A stretch of DNA of 56,201 nucleotides. Source: a bacterium. GTDB taxonomy: Bacteria; Hydrothermota; Tepidihabitantia; Tepidihabitantales; Tepidihabitantaceae. The stretch covers positions 1-56,201 of the forward strand of contig JAWOHE010000002.1 in assembly GCA_046485285.1 (NCBI GenBank). The letters run 5' to 3'. Position numbers and translations under genes: made by a program. Under the pieces are notes generated by a model that worked only from the letters and a program-made list of their open reading frames with translations, was not told the origin of the DNA and made no database searches. The first letter of the stretch is position 1; every line of letters starts with the position of its first letter. Of the stretch, positions 8,444 through 18,288 are shown one piece after another.

Positions 8444-9346
8444 GTGATTCCGTCCCGGGACGCCGGCACCGAGCACCGCGATACCGTCGCGGCGCTGTTC
8501 GCGCGCCACTCGGTCCGCCGCTACTCCTCCGAGCCGGTCGAACCCGGCCGGCTCGACCTCATTCGCGACTTCGCGGCCGGGGTCCGTCCGCTCGTGCCCG
8601 CCAGCCGATTCACCTGTGCCATCCGCGCCATCAACAAACCCAGCGAGCGGCTCGCCTCCGCGCTCGGGAGCTTCACCGCGATTGTCTCGGCCCGGCACTT
8701 CCTCGGCGCCCGGCTTGCCGGTTCCGCGCACGTCCTCGCTGACTTCGGGTTCCGGGTCGAGCAGGTGGTCATCGAGCTGACCCGGCTCGGGCTGGGCTCC
8801 TGCTGGGTCGGCACGCTCCGGCACGAGGCCGCGGCCCGGGCACTGGTCGGCGCCGGGCCGGATGAGCGCATGCCGGCAATCGTGATGTTCGGCCGGCCCG
8901 CGCACGGCACTGCCGGCCGGCTGGTGAACCGGGCGATTCGCGCCGCGGTCGGCGCGCGACGGCGGCTCGACTTCGCCAAGTTCGCGTTCCGCGACCGCTT
9001 CGGCGTCCCGCTCGACCCGGACGCCGACCTCGGCTTCATCCTCGACTGCCTGCGTCACGCGCCGTCGGCCGGAAACGCCCGGCCCTGGCGGGTTGTCGTC
9101 CGTGGCGCGGAACTGCTGATCTGCGCGGACGAGAACGCGGGCTACTACCGGGTGGCAGGTCTCGCGAAGTGGGGCTACCCGTTGCTCGATGCCGGCATCG
9201 GGATGGCGCACGTCAGCATCGCCCTCGCCGCACTCGGCCGGCCCGCGGACTGGCGCTGGCTCGACGACACGCCCGGCCTCCGCGACGAACTCGGCCTGCC
9301 CGCCTCGGTCCGCCCGGTCGCCGGCATCGCCCTCGAAACCTCGTGA
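8444..9346 (+). CDS. Nitroreductase family protein (tandem domains)
   Basis: RHSVRRY, LGLGSCWV, APSAGNARPW, DAGIGMAH. Confidence 0.85.
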   Translation: MIPSRDAGTEHRDTVAALFARHSVRRYSSEPVEPGRLDLIRDFAAGVRPLVPASRFTCAIRAINKPSERLASALGSFTAIVSARHFLGARLAGSAHVLADFGFRVEQVVIELTRLGLGSCWVGTLRHEAAARALVGAGPDERMPAIVMFGRPAHGTAGRLVNRAIRAAVGARRRLDFAKFAFRDRFGVPLDPDADLGFILDCLRHAPSAGNARPWRVVVRGAELLICADENAGYYRVAGLAKWGYPLLDAGIGMAHVSIALAALGRPADWRWLDDTPGLRDELGLPASVRPVAGIALETS

Positions 9347-9351
9347 AAGCC

Positions 9352-9375
9352 GCGAGGGGCCCGGAGGCCCCTCGC
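9352..9375. terminator. Hairpin between convergent genes
   Basis: GCGAGGGGCC-CGGA-GGCCCCTCGC, perfect 10-bp stem. Confidence 0.65.
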
Positions 9376-9392
9376 AGAACTGACATCCCGAG

Positions 9393-10604
9393 CTACCGGT
9401 CAACGACGACCACCGCCAGCCGCGCCACCGCCCCGGCGGCGATCTCATAGAAGTACACGCCGGAGGCGACCGGGCGCCCGGCCGCATCCGAGCGGTCCCA
9501 GCTCAGCGAATGGCGGCCGGCCTCGGCCGTGCCGCTCGCCAGCGTCCTCACCAGCCGCCCGGTGCCGTCTATGACCCGCACCTCGACGCGACCGGGCGCC
9601 GGCACCGAGTAGCTGATGGTGCCGTTCGACGTCATCGGGTTCGGACGCGCTTCGATGCTTCCGGACGGCGAGCCTGCCGGCTGCTCCTCGATCCCGGCGG
9701 CAATCCGCGTCACGATCCGGCCCGAGGCTCCCACCGCCCAGCCGTGGTTCGGGTCGGTGAAGAAGACGTCGTTCAGCTCGCTCGACACCGGGCTCGCCTC
9801 CTGGACCCAGTTCGCGCCACCGTTGGTCGACCGCCAGATGCGGCCGAGACTGCCCACCACCCAGCCTTCGCCGGCGCTCTCGAAGTGGACGCCGTCGAGA
9901 CTGACGTTGATGCCGGCGTTGGCCAGCGCCCAGCTCGCGCCGCCATTGGTGGTCTTGAGCGCCACGTCGTTCTGCCCGACCGCCCAGCCGTTCTGACCGT
10001 CGATAAAGAACACGCCGTGCAGGTCGCTGCCGGTGGAGCTGGACTGGGCGCCCCAGCTCGCGCCCGCGTTCGCGGTCGCCTTGATGTTGCCCTCGCGGCC
10101 GACCACCCAGGCGAGGTTCTCGCCAAACGCCCAGATGCCTTCCCAGCGGACCGAACCGGTCTCGACAACGGACCAGCTTGCACCGAGGTCGGTCGAGCGC
10201 AGGATGACGCCATCGCGTCCCGCCACGTAGGCCGCGCTTCCAGCGCTGAAGGCGACCGCCCGCAGGTTGCTGGCGGTCCCGCTCGACACCTGCGACCAGT
10301 TCGCGCCGCCGTCGGTGGTCCGGAAGATGCGCCCGTCATCGCCGACGATCAGGCCGACCGCCGAGTTGCCGCCGTGGAAGGCGACATCCTCGAGGTCCTG
10401 GTTGGTCAGGAAGAACGACGTCCAGGTCTGGCCGCCGTTCGTCGTCCGCAGCGACGTGCCGGCGTCGCCGACCGCCCAGCCGCGGATGTTCTCAACGAAC
10501 CAGACCCCGTCGAGATTGTCATTCGTTCCGCTGGTCTGCGAACTCCAGCTCTGCCCGGCGGCCACAGCCGCCAATACCGAAACTGCCAGCACAAGGTTTC
10601 TCAC
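9393..10604 (-). CDS. Secreted YCF48/BNR-type beta-propeller with C-terminal FlgD-Ig/T9SS-like sorting domain
   Basis: Signal peptide; repeats GWAVG..G...TTNGGxxW; C-terminal PNP...WD......GVYF; GTG with GGAGG. Confidence 0.85.
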   Translation of the reverse strand: MRNLVLAVSVLAAVAAGQSWSSQTSGTNDNLDGVWFVENIRGWAVGDAGTSLRTTNGGQTWTSFFLTNQDLEDVAFHGGNSAVGLIVGDDGRIFRTTDGGANWSQVSSGTASNLRAVAFSAGSAAYVAGRDGVILRSTDLGASWSVVETGSVRWEGIWAFGENLAWVVGREGNIKATANAGASWGAQSSSTGSDLHGVFFIDGQNGWAVGQNDVALKTTNGGASWALANAGINVSLDGVHFESAGEGWVVGSLGRIWRSTNGGANWVQEASPVSSELNDVFFTDPNHGWAVGASGRIVTRIAAGIEEQPAGSPSGSIEARPNPMTSNGTISYSVPAPGRVEVRVIDGTGRLVRTLASGTAEAGRHSLSWDRSDAAGRPVASGVYFYEIAAGAVARLAVVVVDR

Positions 10605-10751
10605 GTCATCCTCCGGTTTGCTGACCGACTTCCTGGTTTCCATCCCAGCGCGAGCCGCTGAGTCACTATTCGACAATGCCGCCGACCGGCAGGTTCAGGA
10701 CCGCCATTGACTTGCCGCGGGCACCGGTTAGTATCGGTCATTCAAGAGGTT

Positions 10752-11939
10752 ATGACTGCGCGCACCCGGTTGGCATTCGTCATCGCCGTCGTCCTGCCCT
10801 GCCTGACGGCGGTGTACCTGAACGTCGCCCTGCCCCGGCCGGTCTGGGACGAGGCGCTCTACCACCTGCCCGAGCTCGCGCGCTACGGCCCGGGCTTGCC
10901 CGGGCTCACGACCCTGCGCGAGGCGGGCGCCGCGGTCGGCCCGCTGTTCTACGTCCTGTTCGCAAACCTCGCCGCGCCCTTCGGCACCTCGCTCCTGTCC
11001 CTTCGTCTCCTCATCCTGGCCTGCGCCACCGCCAACCTCGTGCTCTTCGCGCTCCTCGCCCGCCGGGCGGCGGGCGAGCGCGCCGGCGCGCTGATATTGC
11101 TGCTGGCCACCTTCCCCTACTTCCTGACGCTCTCCGGACTCTTCCTGAGCGAACAGCCGGCCTTGCTCGCCGGCCTCGGCGCGTTTCTGCTCTTCCTTCG
11201 GTGGCGCGAGCGTCCGCACGCCGGCCGGCTCGTCGCCTGCCTCGCCAGCGCCGCGGCCGCGGTCCTCGTCCGCCAGTACTTCCTCTTCCTGCCGCTCGGC
11301 CTCGCGGCCGTCGAAGTCGCGTCCGGCGCCGGGCGTCGCCGGACCGGTCTGCTGCTCGCCCTGCCCGCGCTCGCGCTTGTCCCGATCCTGCTGCTCTGGG
11401 GCGGGCTGGTCCCGCCCGCCCTGCAGTCGCGCCACGCGCCCGGCTTCTCGCTCGCCGGCCTGTCCTCGTTCCTGGTCTGGACCGGGCTCTACTGCCTGCC
11501 CTGGCTCTGGCTTCGGGTGCGAAGAACCGCGCCCGGCGCCTGGCTGCTGCTCGCCCTCCTCGCCCTGCCGGTCGCCGCCGCCGCGCCCGAGCCCGGCGCT
11601 GGCATCGTCCGGACGCTCTTCCGGCTCCTGCCCGCCGGCGCTCTACCGGTGTTGTCCGGCATCGGCGCGGTCCTCGGCGGGGCGGTCATCGTCGTGCTCG
11701 CGCTGGGGTTGCGGCGGGCCGCACCGCCTCAGCGGGCGGCGACGATTCTCTTCCTCGCGCTGGGACTGCTCTTCCTCGCCAGCGGGCCGCTGGTCTACGA
11801 GCGCTACTACCTGCCCGCCCTGCCGCTCGCGCTCATCGCGCTCGCCGACGACATCCGACCGCTGCCCGCGCTCGCCTGGAGCTTCCTGGTCCAGCTTCCG
11901 CTGGCGGTCGCCCAGCTTCTCCGGCTGGGCGCGAAGTAG
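10752..11939 (+). CDS. Polytopic GT-C fold glycosyltransferase
   Basis: WDE after TM1, many TM helices, RQY and ERYY motifs. Confidence 0.65.
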   Translation: MTARTRLAFVIAVVLPCLTAVYLNVALPRPVWDEALYHLPELARYGPGLPGLTTLREAGAAVGPLFYVLFANLAAPFGTSLLSLRLLILACATANLVLFALLARRAAGERAGALILLLATFPYFLTLSGLFLSEQPALLAGLGAFLLFLRWRERPHAGRLVACLASAAAAVLVRQYFLFLPLGLAAVEVASGAGRRRTGLLLALPALALVPILLLWGGLVPPALQSRHAPGFSLAGLSSFLVWTGLYCLPWLWLRVRRTAPGAWLLLALLALPVAAAAPEPGAGIVRTLFRLLPAGALPVLSGIGAVLGGAVIVVLALGLRRAAPPQRAATILFLALGLLFLASGPLVYERYYLPALPLALIALADDIRPLPALAWSFLVQLPLAVAQLLRLGAK

Positions 11940-11942
11940 CGC

Positions 11943-12812
11943 TCAGAGTCCGCGCAGGTACTCGGGCCTGAAGCGGTGGTGCTCGATGGCCGCGGCCAGT
12001 TCCGCAACCAGCCGGTCGCGGTCCTTCGGCAGCCGGCCGGCGAGCGGGACGTAGTTCGAGGCGTGGTTGGAGCGGAACACGGTCGCCGGGACGGTGACGT
12101 TCTCCAGGAACAGCTTCAGTTCCAGCGCGAACTCCTCCGGTGACGGCAGTTCGAACTCCCCGCCGGCCAGCGCGCGGGCCAGCGGCGTGCCCGGGACGAT
12201 CGTCACGGTCAGCGCCGAGAGGTAGTTCGGCTCCATCGCCGAGACCGCTTGCGCCGACGCGAGCGCGTGCTCGCGCCAGCCGGCGCGCCCGCCCAGCCCG
12301 AGCAGGTAGATGACCGATGCCTTCATCCCGGCCGCCATGCCCTTCCTGACCGCCGCGACCATCTCGGCCGCGGTCGCGCCCTTGTCGATCCGCTCGAGCA
12401 CCCGGTCCGAGCCGGACTCGAGCCCGAGGTAGAAGATGCTCAGCCGGCGCCGGGCCAGTTCCGCGAGTTCCTCGTCGGTCTTCTTCAGGAGGTCCCGGGC
12501 GTTGGCGTAGATGCCGACCCGCTGGAGATCCGGGAACGCCGCCGCCAGCCGGTCGAGCAACTGCCGCAGGTAGGCCATCGGCAGCATCAACGCGTCGCCG
12601 TCGCAGATGAAGGCCCGGCGCAGGCCCGGGCCGTGGTACCGCCGGGCGGCCGCGACGTCCTCGAGCACCTCCGCGACCGGCCGGACCCGGAACTTCTTGT
12701 CCCGGTACATCGCGCAGAACGAGCACCGGTTGTGCGAGCAGCCGACCGTGGCCTGGATGAGCAGGGAATCCGCCTCGGACGGCGGCCGGAAGATGTTGCC
12801 CTCGTAGCGCAC
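11943..12812 (-). CDS. Radical SAM protein of unknown function
   Basis: CSHNRCSFC; RPPSEA N-terminus; FRSNHASNY. Confidence 0.9.
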   Translation of the reverse strand: MRYEGNIFRPPSEADSLLIQATVGCSHNRCSFCAMYRDKKFRVRPVAEVLEDVAAARRYHGPGLRRAFICDGDALMLPMAYLRQLLDRLAAAFPDLQRVGIYANARDLLKKTDEELAELARRRLSIFYLGLESGSDRVLERIDKGATAAEMVAAVRKGMAAGMKASVIYLLGLGGRAGWREHALASAQAVSAMEPNYLSALTVTIVPGTPLARALAGGEFELPSPEEFALELKLFLENVTVPATVFRSNHASNYVPLAGRLPKDRDRLVAELAAAIEHHRFRPEYLRGL

Positions 12813-12815
12813 GCG

Positions 12816-14831
12816 TCAGGGCTCGCGCGCCGCGGCCGTGTCCGGCTCGACGAGATAGACCACGGCCACCTCGTCCGGGTCAACCGCGAGAGGGGTGAAG
12901 CGGTACCCCTCCGCCCGAAGTGGCTCTCCGCTGTCCATCAGGCGCAGCAGCTCCGGGTGGGTCTCGATGTTGCCGAAGACCCAGAACGCAAGCCCCGGCA
13001 GGCGGCCGGCGAGACTGTCCTCTCCCGCGTACGTGCCTCGTCGCAACTCCCGGTAACTGATGATCGCCGGGGCCAGCCGGCCTGCCGCGGCGGCCGCCGG
13101 CCCGCAGGTGTCGTGGTCGCTCGGCCACAGCACCGCCTTAACCCGCCCGGCCCACCGGGGCGCCACCTCGACGGCCAGCGACTCGAGCGCGGCCGAGGCC
13201 CACGCGCTGCGCGGGAGTTGCCGACCGCTCAGCGCGAATACCGAAATCGCCCGGCCGAACGTCTGTGCCTCGGGCAGCCGGACGCCGTAGTTCCACTCAA
13301 GGTCCGGCGTCAGGTTGTACCCCCAGCCCGCGTCAAAGACCCAGACCGGCCGGTCGAGTCCCGCGTCCCAGGACCTGACCAGCTCTGAGAACTCGCGGCT
13401 GAAGCTGGCCGCGTCGAAACTCCAGAACACCCGGCCGATTGGCGGCCGCACCGTCCAGTAGTCGCCCGCCGCCAGCGCAACGAAGCCGTTCCTCTCCTCT
13501 CCGGCGTCGAGCGTTCTTGCCCGACCCAGGTAGTAGCGGAGCACGACCGCCGACTGGTGGTCGCAGAACACAACACCGCCGGGCGGTGCATTCTCCTCGA
13601 GGTACTCCACCGCCGCCGTCATCAACTCGCGACGCTGGTTGCTCGGATGGATGAACTGCGAGGGCCAGGTTGGCCAGATGTTCGCGGCCGCGAGCAGCAG
13701 CCCGAACGCGGCCAGCACCGGCAGCGGCCGCCGGAAGACCGGCTCGGCCGCGAGCAGTCCGACCGCGGCGGCGGCGAACAGCACGAGGTGAAGCACGTGG
13801 CGGGTTCCGCCGAACGGGTAGAGCCCGAGGAAGGAAGCGGCGCAGTTGGCGACAAACGGCAGGACGAGCAGGACGGCAAGCGCCGTCTTGCGCCGCATGA
13901 CCGCCGATACGACCCCGGCTGATGCGGCCAGGAGACCGACCCACCCGGTTGCCGGCCCGGAGAAAAGGTAGCGGAACACGACGGCAAGTTGCCGGAGAGG
14001 ATAGCGCAGGACGTGGTCGGCACCGCGCTGGAAGTAGGACGTCCGGAGCCACCCCTCGGTGGCCGTGCTCTGCTTCTGCCCCATCAGTTGCGAGACCTGG
14101 GTGAACCAGGCGACTGCCAGCCCGGCCGCGAAGGCCGCCTGGACCGCAACCCAGGCCAGCCAGAGTCGGCGCGGCGCCCTGGTGCCGAGCAGACGGACAA
14201 GACCATATGCGGCCAGCGCCGGCGCGACCCATATCGCCGCGAAGAGCGTCGCCAGTGCAAGGAGCATCAACCCACCCGACGCCAGTATCGGCCAGACCCG
14301 GTTTTCGTCCAGTCCGACCTCGAGCAGGTAGAGCGCGGCGGCAATGAACATCAGCAGCAGCGCATACTCGCGGATCTGCGCCGAGAGCCGGACTGTCTCG
14401 GGCAGGAACGCCAGCAGCGCGGCCGTGCCGAGCCCGGCGGCAGGGCCGGCTGCGCGGCGCATCCAGAGGAAACCGAACCACGACGCCAGCGCGCCGGCAA
14501 TGACCGACGGCAGGCGGAGCACGAAGTCGGAGGCCCTGACGAGATTGAGCAGGTAGATCACCAGGACATGCAGGAAAGGATGCGGGCTCTGGGCCCGCGC
14601 GACGCGGACGAGCGAATCCGCGAAGGTCGTGTCACCGGAAATCAGCACGTGGAGAATCTCGTCCGGGTTCAGGTAGCCGGAAAGGGCGGCCGGCACCCGG
14701 ACCGCCAGCGCGGCAACGGCAATCGCGATTGCGACCGGGAGGCTGTGCCGGGCCAGGAACTCGTCCGCACCGGCCAGCCAGCGCAGCGCGTGCGGCGTCG
14801 GCCGGGCAGTCACGACCAGGTCATCCGTCAC
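12816..14831 (-). CDS. GT39/PMT-like membrane glycosyltransferase
   Basis: LNPDE after TM1, HP.L, LRLPSV, R.YAL; GGAGG before GTG. Confidence 0.8.
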   Translation of the reverse strand: MTDDLVVTARPTPHALRWLAGADEFLARHSLPVAIAIAVAALAVRVPAALSGYLNPDEILHVLISGDTTFADSLVRVARAQSPHPFLHVLVIYLLNLVRASDFVLRLPSVIAGALASWFGFLWMRRAAGPAAGLGTAALLAFLPETVRLSAQIREYALLLMFIAAALYLLEVGLDENRVWPILASGGLMLLALATLFAAIWVAPALAAYGLVRLLGTRAPRRLWLAWVAVQAAFAAGLAVAWFTQVSQLMGQKQSTATEGWLRTSYFQRGADHVLRYPLRQLAVVFRYLFSGPATGWVGLLAASAGVVSAVMRRKTALAVLLVLPFVANCAASFLGLYPFGGTRHVLHLVLFAAAAVGLLAAEPVFRRPLPVLAAFGLLLAAANIWPTWPSQFIHPSNQRRELMTAAVEYLEENAPPGGVVFCDHQSAVVLRYYLGRARTLDAGEERNGFVALAAGDYWTVRPPIGRVFWSFDAASFSREFSELVRSWDAGLDRPVWVFDAGWGYNLTPDLEWNYGVRLPEAQTFGRAISVFALSGRQLPRSAWASAALESLAVEVAPRWAGRVKAVLWPSDHDTCGPAAAAAGRLAPAIISYRELRRGTYAGEDSLAGRLPGLAFWVFGNIETHPELLRLMDSGEPLRAEGYRFTPLAVDPDEVAVVYLVEPDTAAAREP

Positions 14832-15444
14832 CACGCACCTCCACGGCCGCGACGAGCCACGGGAAGACCGACCGCACCTCCGCACTCCCGGGGCACCCCG
14901 CGAGCAATTGGGCGAAACCGCGCCGGCCCCAGTGGTTGACGTGCCCGGGGGTGTTGCCGAGCCGGGCGACGTAGCGCAGGCGGAGCAGGTTCAGCAGCCG
15001 CCACCAGGGTTCGAACGGCACCGTCGCAATCACCGACCGGCCCAGGCGGGCCGCCTCGGCGAGCATCCCGCGCGGGTCGGCAACGTGCTCGAGAACCTCG
15101 ACGAGGAGTACGAGGTCGAAGCTCCGGTCGGGCCGGGCCAGCCTGGTCGGCGCCGCCGGGTCGAGCAGGACCGTCTCGTCGGCGCCCCGCTGCCGGGCGA
15201 GCTCGAGCAGGGCAGGGTCGATGTCGGCGGCGACATACCGACAGCCGGGCAGGACCGCCCTGACCAGCCCGGCAACATGCCCTTCCCCGCAGCCGATCTC
15301 CAGCACCCTGCCCGGCGCGCGCGCGGCGACAAGCGCGGCGAGCCGGCGGTCGAAGCGCGCGACGGCCCGGCGTTCGAGCGGGTGCCGGACCGCCTGCTTG
15401 TCGCAGAAGTTGCCGGTCACCGGGGCGGCGGGACTCGCGGGCAT
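14821..15444 (-). CDS. Class I SAM-dependent methyltransferase
   Basis: VLEIGCGEG, EVLEHV, TVPFEP. Confidence 0.88.
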   Translation of the reverse strand: MPASPAAPVTGNFCDKQAVRHPLERRAVARFDRRLAALVAARAPGRVLEIGCGEGHVAGLVRAVLPGCRYVAADIDPALLELARQRGADETVLLDPAAPTRLARPDRSFDLVLLVEVLEHVADPRGMLAEAARLGRSVIATVPFEPWWRLLNLLRLRYVARLGNTPGHVNHWGRRGFAQLLAGCPGSAEVRSVFPWLVAAVEVRGDG

Positions 15445-15447
15445 CCG

Positions 15448-16407
15448 TCAGTCGCCGCTCCCCGAGCCGCGGCCGTAGCGAAGCCGCCGGACCTCGGTCA
15501 TCAGCGACTCGAGCAGGCGTCGGTTCGACCCGACCATGTCGGCGAGCAGGCCGATGACGACGAGCTGGAACCCGACGAAGAGCAGCACCGCGGTCAGGAT
15601 CAGCGACTGGACGTGGCCCTGGCCCTGCCCGGTGGCGAAGAAGTAGAGGAACCGGACGCCGAGGCCGACGCCGCCGAGCAGGAACAGCGCCGCCGCGCCC
15701 AGGAACACGCGCAGGGCCGAGTAGTTGAGCCAGACCCGGAGGATCGTCGCCGCCGAGTAGCTGACGTACCCGGCGAGGCTGTGGAACAGCCGCGACTCGC
15801 GCATCTTCCGGTTCGTCCGGATCGGCACGCCGGCCACCGGGAGTCTCATCCGGCCGGCCTGGATCAGCAGCTCCATCGTGTGCGAGTAGTCGGTCAGCAG
15901 GTTCAGCCGCTCGAGCGCCAGGCGCGAGAAAGCCCGGAACCCGCTCGCCGCATCCCGGACCGGCGTCCCGGAGAGCCGGCGGACGACCCAGCTCCCGAGC
16001 CGCTGGAGAAGTTTCTTGAGCGGCGAGAAATGCTCGGTCGTGTCGATCGGCCGCTCACCGACGACGATCTCCGCTTCGCGGGCCAGCACGGGCGCGACGA
16101 GGGCCGGGACGTCGGCCCCGCAGTACTGGTTGTCCCCGTCGGTGTTGACAACGATGTCCGCGCCCAGCGCGAGACAGGCCTCGACGCCGGCGCGGAACGC
16201 GGTCGCCAGCCCGCGGTTTCGGCCGAGCCGGACGATGTGGTCGACACCCAGCTCGTGCGCGACCGCGACGGTGCGGTCGGTTGAGCCGTCGTCAATCACC
16301 AGCGTCTCGACAGCGGCCACGCCGGGAATCTCCCTCGGCAGGTCGGCGAGCACCGCCGGGAGGGTGGCCTCCTCGTTGTAGCAGGGTATCTGGATGATGA
16401 GCTTCAC
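15448..16407 (-). CDS. GT2 glycosyltransferase (DPM1/GtrB-like) with two C-terminal TMs
   Basis: IPCYNEE, IDDGSTD, TDGDNQY, D..SGFRA. Confidence 0.92.
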   Translation of the reverse strand: MKLIIQIPCYNEEATLPAVLADLPREIPGVAAVETLVIDDGSTDRTVAVAHELGVDHIVRLGRNRGLATAFRAGVEACLALGADIVVNTDGDNQYCGADVPALVAPVLAREAEIVVGERPIDTTEHFSPLKKLLQRLGSWVVRRLSGTPVRDAASGFRAFSRLALERLNLLTDYSHTMELLIQAGRMRLPVAGVPIRTNRKMRESRLFHSLAGYVSYSAATILRVWLNYSALRVFLGAAALFLLGGVGLGVRFLYFFATGQGQGHVQSLILTAVLLFVGFQLVVIGLLADMVGSNRRLLESLMTEVRRLRYGRGSGSGD

Positions 16408-16440
16408 GCAGGAGTAGTCTACGCGACCCGGCGGCCGGAC

Positions 16441-18288
16441 TCAAGTCCGGCCTGCTACCTCCCGCCCGACGGGAAAGAACAGCGCCAGCACCCGCGTCCA
16501 GTCCGAGCCGTGGTGGCCGCGGAAGTGCTCGTACTCCGAGCCGAAGTCGGGCATGTCCCCGCTCGCGACCGCCGCCCGGTACCGGGCGAACGCCTCGTCG
16601 AGCGTCGGGATGCTGTCGACGAGGAACAGCAGGACCGGGCCGACCTTCGCTCCCGGCAGCTTGCGGCCGACCAGCCGCTCGAAATACAACCCGGGTTCGG
16701 CGGGCTGGGTCGCGGCCTGCCGGAACGCGACCACCGCGACCCGCGCCGGCACATCGACCGCGGGCGCGCGGTAACGGTCGACGTCGAGGTGGTCGTAGGG
16801 CCGGTCCCAGGTCGCGAAGTAGCTCCGGTCCGGGAGCGCGGCGAGCGTGTCGGGGAAGAGCCGGTTGAACACCAGCCGGAAGGTGTTGACCGGGGTGATC
16901 GAGTCGTGCCAGCCCGCGTAGTCGCGGTCCGGCATCAGGACGGCGTAGAGGATTGCCTGCCGCTCCGGGATGTAGGTCCAGCGCGGGTCGTCGTGGTTGA
17001 GCCGGCTGCCCGGGCCGTGGTCGGCCTGGATGACGATGACCGGCGGCCGCGCGGCGCGCGCCAGGATCGCGTCAACCGTCTCGAGCAGGCGCCGGTCGAC
17101 GTACTGAACCTGCTGGCGGTAGCCCTCGATGTAGCGGGCGACCGACCCGGGCTCGCCGTGATGGTAGTGGTTGCCGTCGGAGATGTTGTAGGGCCCCCGG
17201 GCCTCGATCGGCTCGCCCTCCGCCCCGAATACGAACGGCGGGTGCGGCGGCAGGAGGTGGGCGAGGATGAAGGCCGGGCCGCCGGCCCGGTTGGCCGACG
17301 GCAGGCGCTCGAGGATGAACTCGGCCCGCTCGCGGTGGAGGTCGTGCTGGGACCGCTCGGTGTACGCCCGGAGCAGCGCCCCGACCGGCGTCGTCCCGGC
17401 CAGCACGTTCGCAAACTCGCTCATCGCCCCCCGCGGCGCGAGGTAGACGTCGGCACCCCCGAACTCGGTGCCCGAGTAGCCCGAGGCGAAGCTGATGACC
17501 CGGTAGCCGCGCACCCGGAGTTCCCGCATCACGCGGTTGCCAAGCAGCCAGTCCACCAGCGGCCTGCGGTCGTCGGACTCCGGGCCCATCAGCCGGGCGA
17601 GGCTGTCGGCATACTCGAGGTTCAGCGCGGAGCCGATCGACAGGTAGGTCTGGCTGTAATTGGTGCGGGCGGAGTCGGCGACGAAGAAGCCGCGCGCGCG
17701 GAGCCCGGCGATGAACCCGGAATTGTCATGGTTGTAGAGCTCGGCGAGGATGTCGGACCGGGCGTGGCCGTCCGGGATGATGTAGTAGATATCCGGGAGT
17801 CCGGCCGCCGCGTCGGCCGTCGGTCCTGCCGCCGGCCGCGCCGGGGCGCCGCCCCGCAGCAGCGCGGGCAGGCTGGCCGCCAGGTTCAGCACGAACAGGC
17901 TGCCGGTCGCGACGTTTAGGAACGCGGTCAGCCCGCGCGGCTCGCGCCGGGACCGGGCAACGGCGAAACAGCCTGCCGCGAAGATGACGACGTAGAGCGC
18001 GCCGAGCTGCCACTCGCGGAACAACTCCGCCGCCCGGAGCGCGTCGGCCGCCCGGCCCCAGGTGAAGAACAGCACGAGGAACAGCGTCACGACCAGCCCC
18101 GCCCGCGCGCCGTTGCGCAGTACCGCCCACAGCGCCAGCCAGCCGACGAGCGCGAGGCCGACCGCGACCGCCAGCGGCAGGACCAGCTCGGCCGGGTTGA
18201 CGAAGAGCTTCCGGGTGTTGTGGGCGAACAGGAACAGCACCGGCACCGCCGCGAACAGGAACGGGTGCAGGACCGGCACCCGCTTCAT
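16441..18288 (-). CDS. Membrane-anchored sulfatase/LTA-synthase superfamily protein (NoeB-like)
   Basis: About five N-terminal TMs; IYYIIPDG, SQTYLS, PPHPPF, QADHG. Confidence 0.75.
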   Translation of the reverse strand: MKRVPVLHPFLFAAVPVLFLFAHNTRKLFVNPAELVLPLAVAVGLALVGWLALWAVLRNGARAGLVVTLFLVLFFTWGRAADALRAAELFREWQLGALYVVIFAAGCFAVARSRREPRGLTAFLNVATGSLFVLNLAASLPALLRGGAPARPAAGPTADAAAGLPDIYYIIPDGHARSDILAELYNHDNSGFIAGLRARGFFVADSARTNYSQTYLSIGSALNLEYADSLARLMGPESDDRRPLVDWLLGNRVMRELRVRGYRVISFASGYSGTEFGGADVYLAPRGAMSEFANVLAGTTPVGALLRAYTERSQHDLHRERAEFILERLPSANRAGGPAFILAHLLPPHPPFVFGAEGEPIEARGPYNISDGNHYHHGEPGSVARYIEGYRQQVQYVDRRLLETVDAILARAARPPVIVIQADHGPGSRLNHDDPRWTYIPERQAILYAVLMPDRDYAGWHDSITPVNTFRLVFNRLFPDTLAALPDRSYFATWDRPYDHLDVDRYRAPAVDVPARVAVVAFRQAATQPAEPGLYFERLVGRKLPGAKVGPVLLFLVDSIPTLDEAFARYRAAVASGDMPDFGSEYEHFRGHHGSDWTRVLALFFPVGREVAGRT

